A stretch of 26,275 bases of DNA, taken from positions 1 through 26,275 of the forward strand of contig CAVNZM010000054.1 of NCBI GenBank assembly GCA_963693365.1, in the 5' to 3' direction. Each line of letters starts with the position of its first letter. Positions within the stretch are counted from its first letter, which is position 1. Of the stretch, positions 22,495 through 26,275 are shown one piece after another. Source of the DNA: Amoebidium appalachense (taxonomy: Eukaryota > Protista > Ichthyosporea). Made by a program: the position numbers and the translations under genes. The notes under the pieces were generated by a model. It made no database searches and had not been told where the DNA came from. It worked only from the letters and a program-made list of their open reading frames with translations.

Positions 22495-22914
22495 TTATTT
22501 GGAGAACCCGGCATACTGTGCCATGGGTTGCCTGGTAAAGCTGTTCTGGGGGTCACCACTACGGCCCACCCTCACGGGTGCAAAGTCCAGGTAGTAGGTC
22601 TGGTTGTTGAACGGGAGACCCCTGCTACCCAGACCACTCCTGCCCGGCATGGAGGGTAGGTGGTTGTCGGCGGGCAGGTTGCCGAAAGTCGGCAGCTCAC
22701 GGAACGGCACACCGTACACCCCGGCCTGGAAGGTGCCGTCCGTGTGAGGTACACGGTAGGGGGCAACATAGGCTGCCTCGTACTCGGCCTGTGGAGCCAC
22801 CTTGTAGCCGTACACGGCTGCCGGGGTTGGTGTAGGTGCCCACGGTACAACGGCAGTGTCGGTAACATGGCTAGGTGTAGGTGCCCACGGTACAATAGCA
22901 GTGTCGGTAGCCAT
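22495..22914 (-). CDS. Hypothetical viral protein (139 aa)
   Basis: aacatgg start with tataaaaa about 25 nt upstream. The N-terminus has a 15-aa duplication (TDTA(I/V)VPWAPTP, 45-bp period). Confidence 0.65.
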   Translation of the reverse strand: MATDTAIVPWAPTPSHVTDTAVVPWAPTPTPAAVYGYKVAPQAEYEAAYVAPYRVPHTDGTFQAGVYGVPFRELPTFGNLPADNHLPSMPGRSGLGSRGLPFNNQTYYLDFAPVRVGRSGDPQNSFTRQPMAQYAGFSK

Positions 22915-22962
22915 GTTTGCCGTGTGTGCTTGTTTTTATATAGCCAGACACAATTTAGCACT

Positions 22963-24703
22963 CTAGGCCTCCACCGTCACCTCACGGGCACCAGACAGCA
23001 CAAGCACGTTTTCATGGTGCACAAACGTGTCAAGGGTCAGGTCGTCGTACTCGTTGGCTCTGGAGGTACCGCTGGTGAACTTCTCCGTGTTGAGGTGCAG
23101 CAGAATGGGGGTAGCATCGGAGCTGGTGTCGAGGCCAGAGTACAGGTCACGGTCCCTCTCCAGGTCAAGGGCAATCATGAACTGTTTATCCGGCCAGGCA
23201 GTGCTGTTGTACATGCAGTCGGCCGTGACGTCACCCAAGAAGTACAGGGCCTTGGCCAACTCCGCCCATGCCTCGGCACAGTTGTTCGAGGACACTCGAA
23301 TCTCGTCGAGGGGCTTCTGGTAGGGTCCTATCTTGATCTGGTAGCTGGTGATGTTACTACGCTTGGACCTGAACGTCTCGCTGTTTGCTTGGGCCCAGTC
23401 GTTGCCACTCCTCACCAGGGACAGCAGGGACTTGACGTTCCGCCCCCGGAACGAAATGTGCAGGTCGGCAGGACTGCCCCCCTTGACGTAGCTCTGGAAA
23501 TGGGTGAACGTGCTGTATGGAATATACACGTTCTTCTCCATCAGAGCCTTCTCAAAGCCGGCCGTGTACACGGCGTTCCACTCAATAGTGGAAGACGGGG
23601 TTGATAATCTCGTAGGACACGTCCTTCACCCATTCCGCGTTCTCGGTGGGCACGTACAGCACCTGGTTGGCCTCCCCCAGCGACAGCTCGATCTGTACCT
23701 CCCCCATGTATGACAGGGGCAGGTACCTGCCGGAACGCATGAGGCCGAGCTTGAGCTGATGAATGTAGGTGAACCCGTCAGTGGCATCGATCTGGGCCTG
23801 AACGTTGACCTGCTGGGGTGGCCACTTGGCCACCTTCTTGGTGTAGTCGAGGTACTTGCCGTCTGTAATGCGGTCCTTGCCGGGTACACTGTCGGCCTCG
23901 GCGGGTGTGGGTATCAAGGTGTCATTGGCAAGGGGGGCTACGTCCTTGAGCTTTTCAATGCCAAACAGCCTCTTGAGCGGGTCGGGGTTGAAGAGAGCGT
24001 ATTTACTATCGACAGCCGTATTCCACTTGTCTGCGTACTCCCAGTCGTCGTCCTGGGGCCCGTAGCTGCCATGCATGCGGCCGGCAGGGCAGTTGCCGTA
24101 GTCGGCCGACGACAGGAAGCGTTCAAGGTTGATCATGAGGTGGTTGTACCCAGAAATGTCCTCCACGGTAGTGCCGTTGATGGACACGCGGGCACGGTCA
24201 AAGGGGGCAGCCGAGGAGCACAGGTGACCACCCATCATAGCCATACCCTCCAGGTTACGGACCTTGAGAGGGAAAATGTCCTTACTGGCAACAGCCGCCG
24301 GATTGAGGGTGTCAGAATCAGCCGTCCCGGTCTGGGGCACTGTGGTACCCTCAAAGCCGACAGTGTCCTGGTTGTTGCTGATGGGGTGGTCGAGCTGGTC
24401 AGGGAGGGGGAACTTCCGCAGTCTCTCCACCTTGACACCCACGTTCTCGGGGGCGTTGGGGACGTTGGCCTTGAACTGGAACGTCATGTAGCTGTTGAGA
24501 CAGTCCAGGAAGCCCACAGCAGGCAGGGAGAACCGAATCACACGCTGCCCCTTGGAGCTGTACGTCGAGCCGGTCACCGGATAGGTCTTGACGGTCGATC
24601 GGCGGTTAATGTGGCTGAGCTCGACAGGTGAGTAGGTGCCGGCGTCCGTCAGCTTGTGGTAGGCCAGGTTGAGGGGCACGGAGGCGTCGTAGGGGGCTGC
24701 CAT
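22963..24703 (-). CDS. Double jelly-roll major capsid protein, PLV type (frameshift near 23585)
   Basis: IRFSLP..GFLD..NSYMTF, RVSINGTTVEDISGYNHL, LGLMRSGRYLPL..MGEVQIELSL and the C-terminal FMIALDLE..SGLDT resemble PLV MCP motifs. The two ORFs (373 and 202 aa) are joined by a small indel, and the gene is adjacent to the ATPase. Confidence 0.82.
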
Positions 24704-24715
24704 GTTGCCGGTGTG

Positions 24716-25459
24716 TTACACATGGTCGACATTTTTTTCATTCGTGCCGAGCACCACCTCCTCCTCAAAATTGCGAAACATCCGACCCTCGTTCAGCCGG
24801 ATAAAAAGAAAGTCGTGCTTGTCCCGGTAGACCGTGTCCATGAGCTCGAAAAACTGGGGGGTTTCGAGGGTCGGCAAGAACTCGTCCCTCAACACCTTGA
24901 GCTCGGTGTTGTTGGTGTTCTTAAAATAGGCCAAGGCATCGGCCTGGCTACGTAGCTCAAGGGGGATCTTGTTCAATTTCTGCCCCACCATCATCACCGA
25001 CACACCAATGTGTCGTCGGTTCTGTGCCATACGTACAAATTCACGGAGGTTGCCGGATTTTCGGAAAATATGGGACATGTCGTCGAACACCAACAACATC
25101 CGGTAATTTGGGTTGACCTTCTTGTGTTGGAGGGACAGTTTGAGAATCTCGGGGAGGAAGGTGACGTCCTGGTGCAGGCGGGCCTTGGGAATTTTCAGGG
25201 CCGTGCCGAGGGTGTGCATGCTCGGGCTGAAAATGTACACACGGTCAAACTGTTTATTGTAGAACTCGCCCTCCCGGGCAATGAGGTTGACGAGCAGGTT
25301 GGACTTGCCAGAACCAGGCTGGCCAATAAGCAAAAAGAAGAACACGTTGTCCATGAGGGGGTAGGGCACGTTCAGTTTGGTGTCACACGTCATCGGAATG
25401 TGCTCCACCGACAGTGGTGCCGGCAAGGGGTTGACGGCTATGGGTGGGGTAGGGTGCAT
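24716..25459 (-). CDS. A32/FtsK-HerA-like genome packaging ATPase
   Basis: Walker A LIGQPGSGKS, Walker B LLVFDDM, NRRH arginine motif and MMVGQ; 247 aa, intact. Confidence 0.92.
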   Translation of the reverse strand: MHPTPPIAVNPLPAPLSVEHIPMTCDTKLNVPYPLMDNVFFFLLIGQPGSGKSNLLVNLIAREGEFYNKQFDRVYIFSPSMHTLGTALKIPKARLHQDVTFLPEILKLSLQHKKVNPNYRMLLVFDDMSHIFRKSGNLREFVRMAQNRRHIGVSVMMVGQKLNKIPLELRSQADALAYFKNTNNTELKVLRDEFLPTLETPQFFELMDTVYRDKHDFLFIRLNEGRMFRNFEEEVVLGTNEKNVDHV

Positions 25460-25487
25460 GGTGTCACTCAGTGTAGGGTGGCTAAAA

Positions 25488-25724
25488 TTAATGACGGCAG
25501 CTGTCGATCTGCACGTTGTAGACGGTAAACTCGTCGAGGCACTTGAAACTGCAGAGGTACATAGGCTCGTCCCCCAGCCACGTCATGGTGCACCCACAGT
25601 CAAAGTCACAGCCTGGCCCCTCCTCCTGCGTGGCACACCGGAACCAGTGCCCACAGAAGTCGCACGCGTGCTGCCACGGCTCGGCATCCGTGTCGGACGC
25701 GCTCTTGGACGTTGTGCCGACCAT
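25488..25724 (-). CDS. Small Cys-rich, probable zinc-binding protein (78 aa)
   Basis: CDFC...CDFDCGC...LCSFKCL, with the ATG at 25724 in an aacatgg context. Confidence 0.55.
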   Translation of the reverse strand: MVGTTSKSASDTDAEPWQHACDFCGHWFRCATQEEGPGCDFDCGCTMTWLGDEPMYLCSFKCLDEFTVYNVQIDSCRH

Positions 25725-25818
25725 GTTGGTTGACCGTGTTTGATAGTGGGCACACATTTTTTGGACGTATGTACGCCCAACGTTGGAAAAAAATGTGTCC
25801 CTATTGGTAACACCAACA

Positions 25819-26275
25819 ATGTCAACCGACGAGAACCAAATCGAGCGCATGTCGGACGGTGAGGCCGACCAACCGGTGTCCAACGAAACCACCAACACCG
25901 GTATGGGTGTGGACCCCATGGTGCTGGAAGCCGGCAACGCGGCAAGGGCCAAACGGCAACCCACAGCACGGCCGCTGGAGGCCTTGGAGAAGGGTAGGAG
26001 CACAAGGGTGGAACGCATGCGTAGGAACAAGGACTATATCCGTGAACTTGAGCAGAAGCTGCAGGTGCTGGAGACCCGCCCAGCCGACCCCCCACCCCCA
26101 GCAGCAGCACCGGTACTGGTAGCACCCCCAAAGGCCCCCCGGCCAAAGCAGAAGAAGGCCCCACGAAAGCCCTTGGCACGGGTGACCTATGAAGAGGAGG
26201 ACAGCTACGAGGAGAGTGACGGGTATGACAACCCGTACAACACGTACTATGAGCACTATTACGTGCCCCCACCCC
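25819..26275 (+). CDS. Partial hypothetical viral protein (runs off the window; absent from the ORF track)
   Basis: MSTDENQIERMSDGE...KRQPTARPLEALEKGRSTRVERMRRNK...KQKKAPRK...YEEEDSYEESD, with no stop before the window end. Confidence 0.7.
   Translation, partial: MSTDENQIERMSDGEADQPVSNETTNTGMGVDPMVLEAGNAARAKRQPTARPLEALEKGRSTRVERMRRNKDYIRELEQKLQVLETRPADPPPPAAAPVLVAPPKAPRPKQKKAPRKPLARVTYEEEDSYEESDGYDNPYNTYYEHYYVPPP

Larger units (their letters stand above)
12562..26275. mobile_element. Endogenous Polinton-like virus (right end outside the window)
   Basis: pPolB, packaging ATPase and DJR major capsid protein lie in an intronless, gene-dense block. The left boundary is inferred from where the retrotransposon pol frame stops resembling pol. 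Confidence 0.9.

Noticed and set aside
13455-25528. Long antisense ORFs over the viral genes (e.g. 17486-18730, 22660-23604, 23759-24631)
   Set aside because: Shadow ORFs caused by high third-position GC in the real genes on the opposite strand.

Overview
Repeat-rich eukaryotic DNA made of nested mobile elements. The right half (~12562 to beyond the window end) is an endogenous Polinton-like virus (PLV). It has a hairpin-bearing candidate left terminus, a very large protein-primed DNA polymerase B gene (+; 13232-18862, with a putative OTU-like protease, Cys/His clusters and a VSR-like nuclease insert), a convergent minus-strand block (A32/FtsK-like packaging ATPase, double jelly-roll major capsid protein, a Pro-repeat/Lys-repeat protein and small ORFs), and an unclosed + strand ORF at the edge. 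The virus starts where a minus-strand tyrosine-recombinase (Ngaro/PAT-type DIRS) retrotransposon (9666-12561) is cut off. That element keeps its RNase H, its YR and its B1-A2-B2 split direct repeats, and its RNase H is interrupted by a tRNA-headed SINE with a 12-bp target-site duplication. A solo A-B repeat of the same family sits without a TSD inside a ~359-bp satellite. The left 6 kb has minisatellites, (GA)n arrays and an intronless F-box gene. All protein calls come from motif recognition by eye; no database search was run.
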